Source: Hemiscyllium ocellatum (lineage: Eukaryota). Taken from it: a stretch of DNA of 64,000 nt. Position numbers and translations under genes: made by a program. Each line of letters opens with the position of its first letter. Position 1 is the first letter of the stretch. Below, piece by piece: positions 34,140 to 46,193 of this stretch. The DNA is taken from positions 59,882,964 through 59,946,963 of the forward strand of contig NC_083415.1 of NCBI RefSeq assembly GCF_020745735.1, read 5' to 3'. Under the pieces are notes generated by a model. The model made no database searches and was not told where the DNA came from. It worked only from the letters and a program-made list of their open reading frames with translations.

Positions 34140-36320
34140 AGAAAAGCTGCAAAACTTGACCTACCTTTGGGAAATAAGACTTTGAGGCCAGTGACCATAA
34201 TTCTAGTAGTTTTAGAATAGTGATGGAAAAGAATAAACCAAATCTAAAAGTTGAAGTTCTAAATTGGAGGGGTGCTAACTTTGACAATATTAAGCTGATT
34301 GGGGGGTAGATATTTGCAGTTAAAGGGATGTCTGGAAAATGGGAAGCCTTCAGAAATGAGATAATGAAAATCTAGAGACAGTATATTCTTGGTAGGTGTC
34401 AGGAATGCTGGATGATTAGAGAAATTGAGGTTTTGGTTAAGAAAAAGAAGGAAGCATATGTCAGGTATGGAGAGGATAGATTCGGTGAATCCTTTGAGCA
34501 TAAAGGTAGTTGGAGTATTCTTACGAGGGAAATCAGGAAGGCAAAAAAGGGACATGAGATTGCTTTGGCAAGTAGGGTTAAGGAGGATCCAAAGGGTTTT
34601 TACAAATACATTAAGGACAAAAGGATAATGAGGGAGAGAAGAGAGCCACTCAAAGATCAGCAAGGGAGCCTATATGTGGAATGCAGGAGATGGCGGAGAT
34701 AATAAATGAGTATTTTGTGTCACTGTTTACTGTGGAGAAGGACATGGAAGATATAGAATGGAGGGAACTAAATGGTAACATGTTGAAAAATGTCCATCGT
34801 ACAGAGGAGGTGGTGCTGGATATTTTGAAACACATAAAGGTAGATAAATTGTCAGGACCTCAGGTGTACCCTAGAACTCTGTGGGAAACTAGAGAAGTGA
34901 TTGCTGGGCCTCTTGCTGAGATATTTGTATCACCGATAGTCACAGGTGAGGTGCCGGAAGACTGCTAACATGGTACCACTATTTAAGAAAGGTGGAAATC
35001 AAGCCAGGAACTATAGAATGGTGAGCCTGATATCGGTGGTGGGCAAGTTGTTGGAGGGAATCCTGAGGGACAGGCTGTATATGTATTTGGAGAGGCATGG
35101 ACTGATTAGGAATAGTCTGCATGGCTTTGTGCGAGGGAAACCATGTCTCACAAACTTGATTTTCTTTTTGAAGAAGTAACAAAGAGGACTGATCACACCA
35201 GTAGATGTGATCCATATGGACTTCAGTAAGGCATTTGACAAAGTTCCCCATGGTGGATTGATTAGCAAGGTTAGATCTCACGGAATACAGGGAGAACCAG
35301 CCAATTGGATATAGAACTGGCTCAAAAGTAGAAGACAGAGGGTGGTGGTGGAGGGTTACTTTTCAGACTGGAGGCCTGTGACCAGTGGAGTGCCACAAAG
35401 ATCGGTGCTGGGTCCATTATTTTTTGTCATTTATATAAATGACGTAGATGTGAACATAGGAAATATGGTTAGTAAGTTTTGGAGATGTAGTGGACACAGA
35501 AGAAGATTACCTCAGATTACAATGGACTGTTGATCAGATGGGCCAATGGGCTGAGAAGTGGCAAATAGAGTTTAATTTCGATAAATGGGAGGTGCTGCAT
35601 ATTGGGAAAGCAAATCTTAACAGGACTTATGACTTAACTAGGAGCGTTGCTGAACAAAGAGACCTTGGAGTGCAGGTTCATAGCTCCTTGAAAGTAGAAT
35701 TGCAGGTAGCTAGGATAGTGAAGAAGGCATTTGGTATGCTTTCCTTTATTGGCCAGTGTATTGAGTGTCGGAGTAGGGAGGTCATGTTGCAGCTGTACAG
35801 GACATTGGTTAGGCTACTTTTGGGATATTGTGTGTAATTCTGGTCTCCTTCCTATCGGAAGGATGTTGTGAAAGGGTTCAGAAAAGATTTACAAGAATGT
35901 TGCCAGGGTTGGAGGATTTGAGCTAAACGGAGAGGCTGAACAGGCTGAAACTGTCTCTTCCTGGAGTGTCAGAGACTGAGGGGTGACCTTATAGAGGTTT
36001 ATAAAATCAAGGGGGTCATGGATAGGGTAAATAGACAAGGTCTTTTCCCTCGGGTGAGAGGGAAAAGATATAAAAGAGACCTATGGGGCAACGTTTTCAC
36101 ACAAGTTGTTAAGTGTATGGAATGAGCTGCCAGAGGAAGTGGTGGAGGCTGGTACAATTGCAATATTTAAGAGGTATCTGGATGGTTATGTGAATAGGAA
36201 GGGTTTAGAGGAATGTGGGCCAAGTGCTGGCAAATGGGACTATGTTAGGTTAGGATATCTGGTCGGCAAGGGGGAGTTGAGCTGAAGGATCTGCTTTCGT
36301 GCTATACATCTCAATGACTA
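34140..36320 (+). mobile_element. 5'-truncated degenerate CR1 LINE (family A) in NFS1 intron 6
   Basis: Colinear with 11780-14110; ORF pieces at 34412, 34681, 34946, 35342 and 35490. Confidence 0.9.
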
Positions 36321-37072
36321 AGTTAGTGTCATTGTGTATTGTTTATTTCACTGGAATGTGACTTGAACCCACCGTCTTCTGACTCAGATGCCAAAGAACT
36401 ACCACTGAACCAAGACTGATACCTTCAATTTAGGAGGCCACCTGAGCATCTTTCTCAAGAATCTGATTCTAAGTATTTTAGTTTATATGGTTAGCAATAG
36501 AATTGAACAATAGCATATTCTCAAAGGATTTACATTGGGGCTGTTGGCCCCTCTGTTTATAATAGTGGCCCTTTCTTTATGATGACATAGTAGGTTTCCA
36601 ATTCAATAGTCGAAGAGAAAGAAGGCTTAACCCATTAGATGACCAATGAATGGATAGTTTGACTTAGAGTGCCTTTTTTTCCCTCTCAGATTGATTTGAT
36701 GTTTCAAATGAAATGTATTCCCTGAGATTTTCTTAAGAGATCTGGGCTGGGGAGCAAAGAAATCAAGTGAGATTCATGCACCTATGAACACCTGCAGAAG
36801 GAGGCATGTTTGTGCTCATTGTATGAGGTCAGGACCTGACTCACTGTGGACTTGAATGTAAAGAATGATCATTTGAGTCACTGGAGAGTTCCTGGGCTCT
36901 GTAAAACTGTACACTAACAACTTGGCAAGATCAACAGCAAAGGAGGGAAAGTGAATTGCCAAGAATAAATTGTTTGTTTTTTGAGATTTGTCAATTAAGA
37001 TGAACTGCCCAATACTGATGTTCAGCTCTTTTGTCTCTTGGTAGACCTTCACTTATTTTGTGTCTGTTGTAG

Positions 37073-37207
37073 GTCGTATTTGCCAAGCTAAGAAAGTATT
37101 TTTCCACACGGATGCTGCACAGGCTGTTGGCAAAATTCCTCTGGATGTGAACAAAATGAAGATTGATCTAATGTCTATCAGTGGCCACAAACTTTATGGC
37201 CCTAAAG
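37073..37207 (+). CDS. NFS1: NFS1 exon 7 (PLP-binding lysine)
   Basis: [44 protein letters not shown]. Confidence 0.97.
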
Positions 37208-38906
37208 GTATAAATTTCTTTTGAATTCAGTTAAAAGTTCATCATTTGAAAGCTCTGTACCAGCATTAAGTTTCAGCTATGTTGTTACTTCTATTTAACC
37301 GTATTGGCTTGCAACTAATGGGATTTGAAATAGGGCAGGGAGTGAAATTTTTTTAATCTCGTTTCAGTTATGGAGACTTGTATGCTTAAACTATTTTTAA
37401 TTCTGTTTGTACATCCATTAGTATTTCCCTATCTATTGCTCTTGGTAAATCTCAAAATAGTATTCTTTTTAATGACTATTTTATTAAATCATATAATGCA
37501 TAATGTGTTCTGCCAAAAATGACCTGTATTGAAGTTGTTCCTTTTCAGGTGAGAAACCAAATTGTTTGAAGTAAAGACTTTTTGAGATCCTGCTGAGTCT
37601 AATTGTTAGATCAAGGAACCTTGCCAATTTGGAGTATTTTCAGATTTCAGGCTGATATACTGATGTGACTACTATCTGATTACTTCTACAATGAAGCATG
37701 ACTGTATACATAGTTTTAATATGCTGCTCGTTTGTTGACGTGCTATCAAGTGCAAGTTGTATTTTGCTTTCCACAAATCAAATGAGGCACTTGTCATAAT
37801 CAAAGTTGTTGGATTCATTTCTAGTCCCACTCCTCTGCTAATTATACGTTTTTACCATGACGAATTCTATATGGTTTGAGATTGTATTTCATTTAGTATT
37901 AGAAACAATTCAATCATGCCTCCTTTAGTCAGTAAAGAATAATGCGTTTATTGCAAGTAAAGCCTTCACAAAGTTACAAAGATTATTGATTGTAAAACAT
38001 GTTGTTACACTCTGAAAGGGTAAATATGAATTATGTTCCAACATCCCAAATGTAACATGAGGCAAGTACGAGTGATAGACAATGTCAGTCATCACCCAGA
38101 GTACATTAATTTTCAGATACAATCAAACCAATCTCTCAGCAATCTTTGAAACTTCCTCAAAGGCTACTTGTTAACAACTGCCCATATTCTGAGCCACCTT
38201 CCTTTCCCAGGATTAAGCTCCCCTGGATTTTTGTGCATTAATAAGCCCGACTGCAGCTTTTCACAAGCTGCTAATTTTACCAAGCTAATGCTGCAGCTGG
38301 ATTTTTACTCCTTCTGACCTTCAAACCAGGTTGGTTGCATTATGTAATTGTTACATGTGGGTTTTCAGCATGTTGCAACTGTTAGTGGCAAACTGCACTG
38401 ATTCCATGTCGCTCCTAGGATTTTTCTGAACCATCACTGCTAAAATGCCATAGGACTTGGAGCCCCAACTACACAGACGCCTTATTTTTACTTGACCTTT
38501 AGCAGCACAGCTAACAGCTGCAATGCCTAACATGGAGTCAGGCCTCCTCTCTCATATGTGCACTGCTCCGTCTCTTTTAACTCCCTTTCGCTTACCTATT
38601 GAAAGCTTTGTCACAATCCCTGGCTCTCCTGCTAGGTAGAATTGAGTGTAACTAATGTGTTGGAATAGTCAGGTGTGATAACTGCTTGGAATACTCTTGC
38701 TTAAGTATTTTACAGTACAAATTGCAAACAACAAAACTTTTTAAAATCTCTTTTCCGAAGAAAAAGACAGTAGTCTACATAGAACCACCTCGGTTTGTAT
38801 TATCATGGTGAGATTTTCTTTTAGACCAGAAAACTCCGTTTGTATTTAGTAAAGCCCAAGTGACTTCATAGAAGACCAGAAGTAGGCCAGGCCTTTGGCT
38901 CCTCAA

Positions 38907-39039
38907 CGGGGAGAAAGTGAGGACTGCACATGCTGGAGATCGGAGTCGATAGAAAGAAGAGCTTACGCTCAAACATCGACTCTCCTGCTTCTCAGATGCT
39001 GCCTGACCAGTTGTGCTTTTCCAGCACCACGCTTTTTGA
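38907..39039. mobile_element. 133-bp Penelope family 1 insertion with inverted tail pieces
   Basis: 14-bp TSD ctttggctcctcaa 38893-38906 / 39040-39053. Confidence 0.8.
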
Positions 39040-39377
39040 CTTTGGCTCCTCAAACCTGCTCTGCCATTCAATAACATTGTGACTGATCTTTCTTTGTGTT
39101 TAAAAAATCATTCGTGGGATAAGGGCATCGCTGGCATTTATTGTCCAACACTAGTTATGCAAAGGGCAGTTAAGACTCAACCACATTGTTGTGCATCTAG
39201 GGTCACGTGCAGGCCGGATCAGGTAAGGATGGCAGTTTCTTTCACTAAAGAGCATTAGTGAACCAGATGGGTTTTTCTAACAATCGACAACAGATTCACG
39301 ATCATCATTAGATCCTTAATTCCAGATTTAAGGTTTGTGTTCTGAATTTCATATTCACATCTACACCTAATAACCTT

Positions 39378-39770
39378 TAGAACATAGAATACTACAGCAC
39401 AGTACAGGCTTTTCGGCCCTCGATATTGTGCTAACCTTTTATCCAACTCTAACATGAAAGTAACCTACATTTTACTGTCATTCATGTGCCTATCCAAGAG
39501 TGCGCTTAAATGTCGCTGATATATTAGACTCTACTGCCACCACTGGCAGTGCATTCCACGCATTCACCACTCTGTGTAAAGAACCTACCTCTGACATCTT
39601 CCATAAACCATCCTCCAGTCACCTTAAAATTATGCCCCCTCATGATCGCCATTTCCGCCCTGGCTATCCACTCTATCTATGCCTGTCATTATCTTGTACA
39701 CCTCTATTAAGCCACCTCTCATCATTCTTCGTTTCAATGAGAAAAATCCTAGCTGCCTCAACCTTTCTTC
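39378..39770 (-). mobile_element. CR1 LINE 3' fragment
   Basis: EERLRQLGFFSLKRRMMRGGLIEVYKIM; tail tagaacatagaa. Confidence 0.75.
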
Positions 39771-40395
39771 ATTTGATTCCCTTGTCAAACAATTGGTCTC
39801 TGTCTGCCTTAAACGTATTTGATTCTGGTTTCTGAAGAAGAGCATCTCAAAGTTACACATCCCTAGGAGAGAGAAAATTTCTCTTCATCTGTTTGAAAAC
39901 TCTTCCTGGGTCAAGACTCAAGGTGACTGGAGAAAGGATGCTTTCCTTAGTAGGGTCATCTTGCATACTTCAATCAAATCACCCCTCACTCTTCTTAACA
40001 CCAATGGAAACAAGCCCAGTTGTTCAAGCTAGCCTTTTATAAGATAATGTACAGATTTGTAGTATCAGTCACATGAACTTCTCCACCATATTCACATTTA
40101 TTTTAAAATAAAGAGACTTCATATGTAAAATAAATATACAGCATGGAATGGATAGGTAGCCAGTTTCAGATGTGTATAGCTGGAAACTGTTCCTGCATGA
40201 TAGGGAGAGATTATAGTGACATGAGAATCTGGATTAATTCATGGGGCCTGGAAGTTGGGCAAGAATGAGATGACAACAGGAGCATATGGGCCTTTTATGC
40301 AAGATGCTACTTGTAAGTATGTTATCTTGGGAGTGAGTGATATTAGTTTTGAATGTTATTTGTGATTAACATTTGTACTTGTTTGTGTCTATTAG

Positions 40396-40553
40396 GTGTG
40401 GGTGCATTTTATGTCCGGCGTCGGCCCCGAGTACGAGTGGAGGCCATTCAGAGTGGTGGGGGGCAGGAGCGAGGCTTGCGCTCAGGAACTGTTCCAACTC
40501 CTCTGGTGGTTGGGCTTGGGGCAGCATGTGAGATAGCCCAGCAGGAGATGGAG
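40396..40553 (+). CDS. NFS1: NFS1 exon 8
   Basis: [52 protein letters not shown]. Confidence 0.97.
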
Positions 40554-41349
40554 GTAGGCAAACCGTTGATGAGCATTCTGCTTTAATGGAGGGAGAAAAA
40601 GTAATTTTCCAGACCCTATTTTATGATAGGTGAATGTGTATTGTATTGTCTTGGCGTACTATACCAAATTTTATGTTTTCAGCCATCGATTCAAACACAT
40701 ACATATAATGTGTGTGTGTGTGTCCCCGAGATGGACCTACTCTGATTTCTTGATACGTTTCTAATTCAAATAATATCAAAGGTTGTTTCTTATTGACATT
40801 GGTATATGGCATATTTTCACCTGCTCCTTCAGGCCTCCTTGAGCCCCTCGAAGAAGTCATTTCTAACACCACCGATTTGCTTGATACAAATCTTGGGCGC
40901 ATTTCAGACTGAACCACCAAGTGAACCTAAATTGCTCATCTAACTATGATGGTGTCAGAGGTGCAGATTGTAGGTTTGGCCGCATGTTAAAGATTATTCC
41001 TTCTTACCATAGTAAGAGTGAGCCTGATGGGTTATTTGCCAGTACTATTGACTAATAATGTCCATAGCTGAAAGTTGCTGGTTAATGACATGTGTTCCAT
41101 TATTAATTGGAGATTCCAAAGAGTAATCCATTCTTGCCAGTAATTCATTCTGCTTGGTGTTTTCTGTTGTGTCCATACTTTGTGTGTCCTTGTTCGTTGT
41201 CCACCTTCAAGAAATGCAGAGGCACTGTTATCCCCACTCCTTTAATCTGGTGCTCTATTTCCCTACGCATATTTGATGTATCTGCTAAAGTGCTTTGTGC
41301 TGGCTTTCTGCAGATGGGCTTTGTAACAGAGCTATGCTTATTCCTGCAG

Positions 41350-41455
41350 TATGACCATAAGCATGTGTCCAATCTAGCCAAACGTTTGGTGATGAAGATA
41401 ATGAATGCAATCCCTGACGTGGTTATGAATGGGGATGCAGAGCAGAGATATCCAG
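41350..41455 (+). CDS. NFS1: NFS1 exon 9
   Basis: YDHKHVSNLAKRLVMKIMNAIPDVVMNGDAEQRYP. Confidence 0.96.
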
Positions 41456-42360
41456 GTAACCTGATTCTACTGTATGAACTTGAAGATTGACATATAGGAT
41501 TTACGGAAGTAGAACACACCTAGGCTGTTTCTAACTCTTCCAGAGCAATCTAATCTCATTTCATGACTAGTGGTGTTGAAATGCCCATCAGCCATGATTG
41601 AATGGCGAAGTGGACTTGGTGGCCTGAATGGCCTTACTTCCATTCCTAAGTCTTATTGTCTTATAATGGAAATTTTTTGGGAGGAGGAAAATGAGTGCAT
41701 GACCTAGCACGGGCACAGTGGACTGAATGGCCTCTATTTGTGCATATAAATCTATTTGTCTTCCCATGTGGCTTCTATTCCACCAGTGTATGGAGAATCT
41801 GAGAGGAAAGCGCAGGATACAATGACTGGCTCAATTTTTTTTACGGAGTTTGCAGTTCCCAGTTAAGATAAATGAAAAACATTGAAAATCTGGAACATAA
41901 ACACTGAATAGTCAGCTGGCCAATCTGTTTTGGGTATAGACCGATAATTAGAATTGAAAGTTGAACAGGTATTTTCATCCATTTGGTGCCTTTTAAGTTA
42001 GTGCACATCACAAATTGTGCAAGTTTACAGGTACAAAATAAATTGGGACGGGAAAATTATGGTATTTTATCCTGTTTTGCCACAGGCTTTAATATCCACT
42101 TGTCTGTCTTGAGTTTTAGGTTTAAAAGTTAAATAATCTTTGCTCTCTCACCCATCTCCAGCTTTTGGAAAGACTGTTATGGAGTTGGGGAAATTCACAT
42201 CTTTACTTGGCTTATCATCCTGATGCCTTGCTCGGGATGAATAACAAATGTCAGTGATACCAACATCCCTTGAATGAATTTTTTAAAAATTCACTGTTGA
42301 GAACAAGTTTCCATTTCTCAAACTGCTATTTGATTATAGTCTGACGCAGTACAAATAAAT

Positions 42361-43320
42361 CAGTCAAAACGTGTGGTGCTGGAAAAGCACAGCCAGTCAG
42401 GCAGCATCCGAGGAGCAGGAGAGTTGACATTTCAACCATAAGCTCTTCTTCAGGAATTTTGGCAGGGCAGGGGGGTGCGGGCTACATGGCAGTGGCACAA
42501 GTGGCCTGAGAGATAGAAAAATGGGAAGGGAAGGGAACTGGGAATGCAATAGATAGATGAAGGGTTGATGGTGATAGGTCGGACTGGAGGGTGGAGCAGA
42601 TAGGTGGGAAGGAAGATGGACAGGTAGGACAGTTCAAGAGGGCGGTGCTTAGTTGGAGGGTTGGATCTGGGATAAGATGGGGGAGGGGAGATGAGCGAAC
42701 TGGTGAAATAGACATTGAGATCCCTGCGGTTGGAGGATTCCAAGTCGCAAGATAAGGTGTTCTTTCTCCAGTTGTCACATGGCTAGGATTTGGCAGTGGA
42801 AGAGACCCAGGACTTGCACGTCCTTGGCGGAGTGAGTGGGGGAGTTGAAATGTTTGGCCGCAGGGCAGTGGGCTTGTTTGGTGCGAGTCCCGGAGATGTT
42901 CTCTAAAACGTTCCATAAGTTGGCATCCACCTCCCCAGTGTAGAGGAAACCACACTGAGAGCAACGGACACAGTAGATGAGGTGTTTGGATGTGGAAGGA
43001 TCCTTTGGGCCTTGGATGGAGGTGAGGGAAGGCATGAATGTAGGTTTTACATCTCTTGCAGTGGCAAGGGAAGGTTCAGGAGTGGAGGGTGGGTTATTAG
43101 GGGTGAGGGTTTAACGAGGGAGTTGCTGAGGGAATGGTCTCTGTGGAATGCTCAAAGGTGTGGGGAAGGGAAATATATCTCTGGTGGTGGGGTGTGACAA
43201 TATGTGTCAGAAATGGAGGAGGATGATGTGTTGTATCCAGAGGTTTCGACTCTCCTGCTGTTTCCAGCGCCACACCTTTTGACTTTGATTTTTAGCATCT
43301 GTAGTCCACATTTTCTCCAT
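42361..43320 (-). mobile_element. Degenerate Penelope-like element (family 1) with short inverted 5' tail copy
   Basis: HLIYCVRCSQCGFLYTGE (GIY-YIG N-half) and HFNSPTHS; decayed hammerhead ~42422-42457; 13-bp TSD with one mismatch, agtacaaataaat 42348-42360 / agtactaataaat 43321-43333. Confidence 0.85.
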
Positions 43321-43350
43321 AGTACTAATAAATGTTTGTTTACCTTGCAG

Positions 43351-43432
43351 GCTGCATTAACCTGTCATTTGCATATGTGGAAGGAGAGAGTTTGCTGATG
43401 GCTTTGAAAGATGTAGCTCTGTCGTCGGGAAG
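43351..43432 (+). CDS. NFS1: NFS1 exon 10
   Basis: [26 protein letters not shown](S). Confidence 0.97.
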
Positions 43433-43564
43433 GTAGTGTATCGGGCTGTCTTCGAGTTTTGCCTATCCAAATATCAGAGCTAGGCACCTGAGAACCCACA
43501 ATCAAAGCATCTCAAAGCCATACAATTTCTAAATTTGGATTTGGCTTAGTATTACATTGAATTT

Positions 43565-44035
43565 AACAGTACAGTGCAGCACAGGAACATTCTGTGCCAA
43601 CTACGATGCTATTCTAAACTAATCCCATCTGCCTACACATGGTCAATATCCCCCTATTCCCTGCCTGTTCACGTCTGTCTAAATGCTTCTTAAACATTGC
43701 TATTGTATCTGTTTTTACTGCCTCCTCTGATAGTGTGTTCCAGGCACCTATCTCTCTGTATTTTAAAAAAAAAAGTTTCCTTGTACATCTCTTTGCTTCA
43801 AGCTTTTTCCCACCTCAAATTAAATCTATGTCGCCATAATATTTGATATTTCTACCATGGGGAAAAATATTCCAACTGTCCACCCTATCCATTCCCCTCA
43901 TAATTTTCTATGTTTCTATCATGTCATTCCTCAGCCTCTAATGCTGTAGTGAAAACAATTGAAGTTTGCCCAACCTCTCTTTATAGCCAATGCAGTTTAA
44001 TCCAGGCAACAACGTGATAAACCTCTTTATACACT
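43565..44035 (-). mobile_element. Degenerate CR1 3' fragment
   Basis: Reverse-complement CR1 tail and ORF2 end (ccaggcaacaacgtgataaacctc). Confidence 0.65.
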
Positions 44036-45183
44036 GTATTTAAAATAGGCCATTCTGCCTATTTTGGTGGAATGATGCAGCAAGTAACCCTCCAATTCAT
44101 CTAATCTGATTCACATAGTCTTCTCTTTCTTTCTCCTTCACTCTTTATTTGACTCCCTTAAATGCATCTATTTTGTTGTCCTCAACTATTCCTTTTGAGT
44201 TCCACCTTCTCGCTGGCTTTCTCTGAAATTCTTATTGGATTTAGGAGCGATCTTATACTGACGCCCACTTTTTTTACTACACGCACACACAGATACACAT
44301 GCACACATCTTTACCCACCACAAAAAAAGTGAAAAGCTTCTCACAACAGGCATACTTCCTTGTAATCTTATAAGATCAGCCCCCAGAATTGTTGTATTTC
44401 TATCTGAATATGTAGTGCTGTTTACATCTGAACAGTGGTGTTCATGGGGTGTTTGGATTGGAATGTTAATAAGTGACAGGGTGGAATTGATAAAGTAGAC
44501 CATCTAGTGGGTGATGGATGATGCAACATTAAATGTAGAAATTTTACGATGACGGGCAGCTTTTTATCCTTCCAAGCAGGATTAAGAATTTGAGGAAAGA
44601 AATGACCAGAGTTTGTAGTTGAAGCAGAGGACTTCCAACATTGAATTATTTTAGGTAGCTGGTTGAAAGTGGGGAACAAAGGCATGTGCATGAGATTAAT
44701 GAAGGATAAATACAAACATGAACAAGTTTTGCTGAATTACTAATTCCTATGTTGTAACTGTTTTAAATTTCATTAGCTACGCTAAGATGAGTTAACTCTG
44801 AATGGAAGATTTGAATCAGGAGTTTCTATATCTTTGCTGCTCATTTATTGATTGGCTTTACAAACTGTGCAGCCAGGGAGGTTTGGGTCGTTAGTTTTCT
44901 TTTCTCTGTAAATGTGATGCACCCTCCTACTCTATGTTCCTCAGAACCTCAGAGATTGCAAGTGTGAGAATTAGTAAAGGTTTTAAATGATGGCTAAAGT
45001 TTTGCACACTGTTGTTTTACTCTCTATTTCTTGCGCTTGCTCTCGCTCTACACAGTAATCTCCTGTAACAATTCATGTGGATCGTATCAATATACATGAG
45101 GACTTGTGCTGAATGTAGCATTTTTAGTTTTAACTTTTGGTTATGATTCTTTATTAATGCTGCATTGTTTGTTTCATTTATAG

Positions 45184-45267
45184 TGCCTGCACGTCAGCTT
45201 CTCTTGAACCTTCCTATGTGCTGCGAGCAATTGGTGCTGATGAGGATTTGGCACACTCCTCAATCAG
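45184..45267 (+). CDS. NFS1: NFS1 exon 11 (catalytic cysteine)
   Basis: [27 protein letters not shown](R). Confidence 0.97.
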
Positions 45268-45933
45268 GTATGATATTAGGACGGTTACTTCTCTTGCTCC
45301 CTGTCTTCCTTTCTGGTTATGGATATTTGACTTGATTGTGGGAAACTATTCATTGTCTATGAATTAAATGCTTTGAGAATATAGCCTACTGCATGCTGCC
45401 CCTCATCTTGAGTTGTACAGAATATTCGTGTTGTTCTGCAGCATCAACCTATACCAACCACCATACTGCACCTGTCAAACCCATTAACGTATTTGATCAC
45501 CTTGAACACCTTAATTGCATCGCCCACTATATTTGAACTTTTTAAAACAAAATCCAGTTCTAGGTACAGTGCCTCAAATTTTTAATTAAAAAAATTATTT
45601 TTGTTTCTGCTCCCATCCTCTGAAAACAGTGAACCATGTTGCAATGGCTGTCTCTAAATTAGTGTTCCAATAAGAGACTTGACCTTGAGATTTGTCAGAC
45701 TACTTATCCATCCCCAGGAAGTGGAGATATCTCTCCATTGTAGTCAAAGAAAACTTTAACTCATTTTGTTTCTTGTGGGATGTTTTATATAGCAACTGTA
45801 ATCCAGTGATGTCATAAATTCTTCTTTGGTTCTTTCCCTTCCTGTCACTGTCTGCATCCAGAACTGCTTTCTAAGAAGAGTACACTTTTTTTGTATTTTT
45901 TGCATGCTGTGTTTCTGTCTCTTTGATTTGCAG

Positions 45934-46023
45934 GTTTGGGCTCGGGCGTTTCACAACAGAGGAGGAAGTGGACTACACTGCAGAGAAGTGCATCCAGCAT
46001 GTGCAGAGGCTGAGGGAGATGAG
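45934..46023 (+). CDS. NFS1: NFS1 exon 12
   Basis: FGLGRFTTEEEVDYTAEKCIQHVQRLREM(S). Confidence 0.97.
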
Positions 46024-46129
46024 GTGCAGTATTGCTTTTGTTAGCCAATGCAAGTGTATATTTTTATTTTGAAAGGAAGCTAGTGAATTTTCACCCCTCT
46101 CCCTGATTTTTGTTTCCTCTTTCTTGCAG

Positions 46130-46193
46130 TCCTCTTTGGGAGATGGTACAGGAGGGAGTGGACCTAAAAAATATTAATTGGTCTCAGCATTAG
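46130..46193 (+). CDS. NFS1: NFS1 exon 13 (coding part)
   Basis: PLWEMVQEGVDLKNINWSQH*. Confidence 0.97.

Larger units (their letters stand above)
21122..46193 (+). other. NFS1: NFS1 gene span, 13 coding exons, 1341 nt = 446 aa + stop
   Basis: All 12 introns GT-AG with consistent phases; spliced product has PLP lysine motif [10 protein letters not shown], catalytic SSGSACTS and C-terminal WSQH. Confidence 0.97.
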
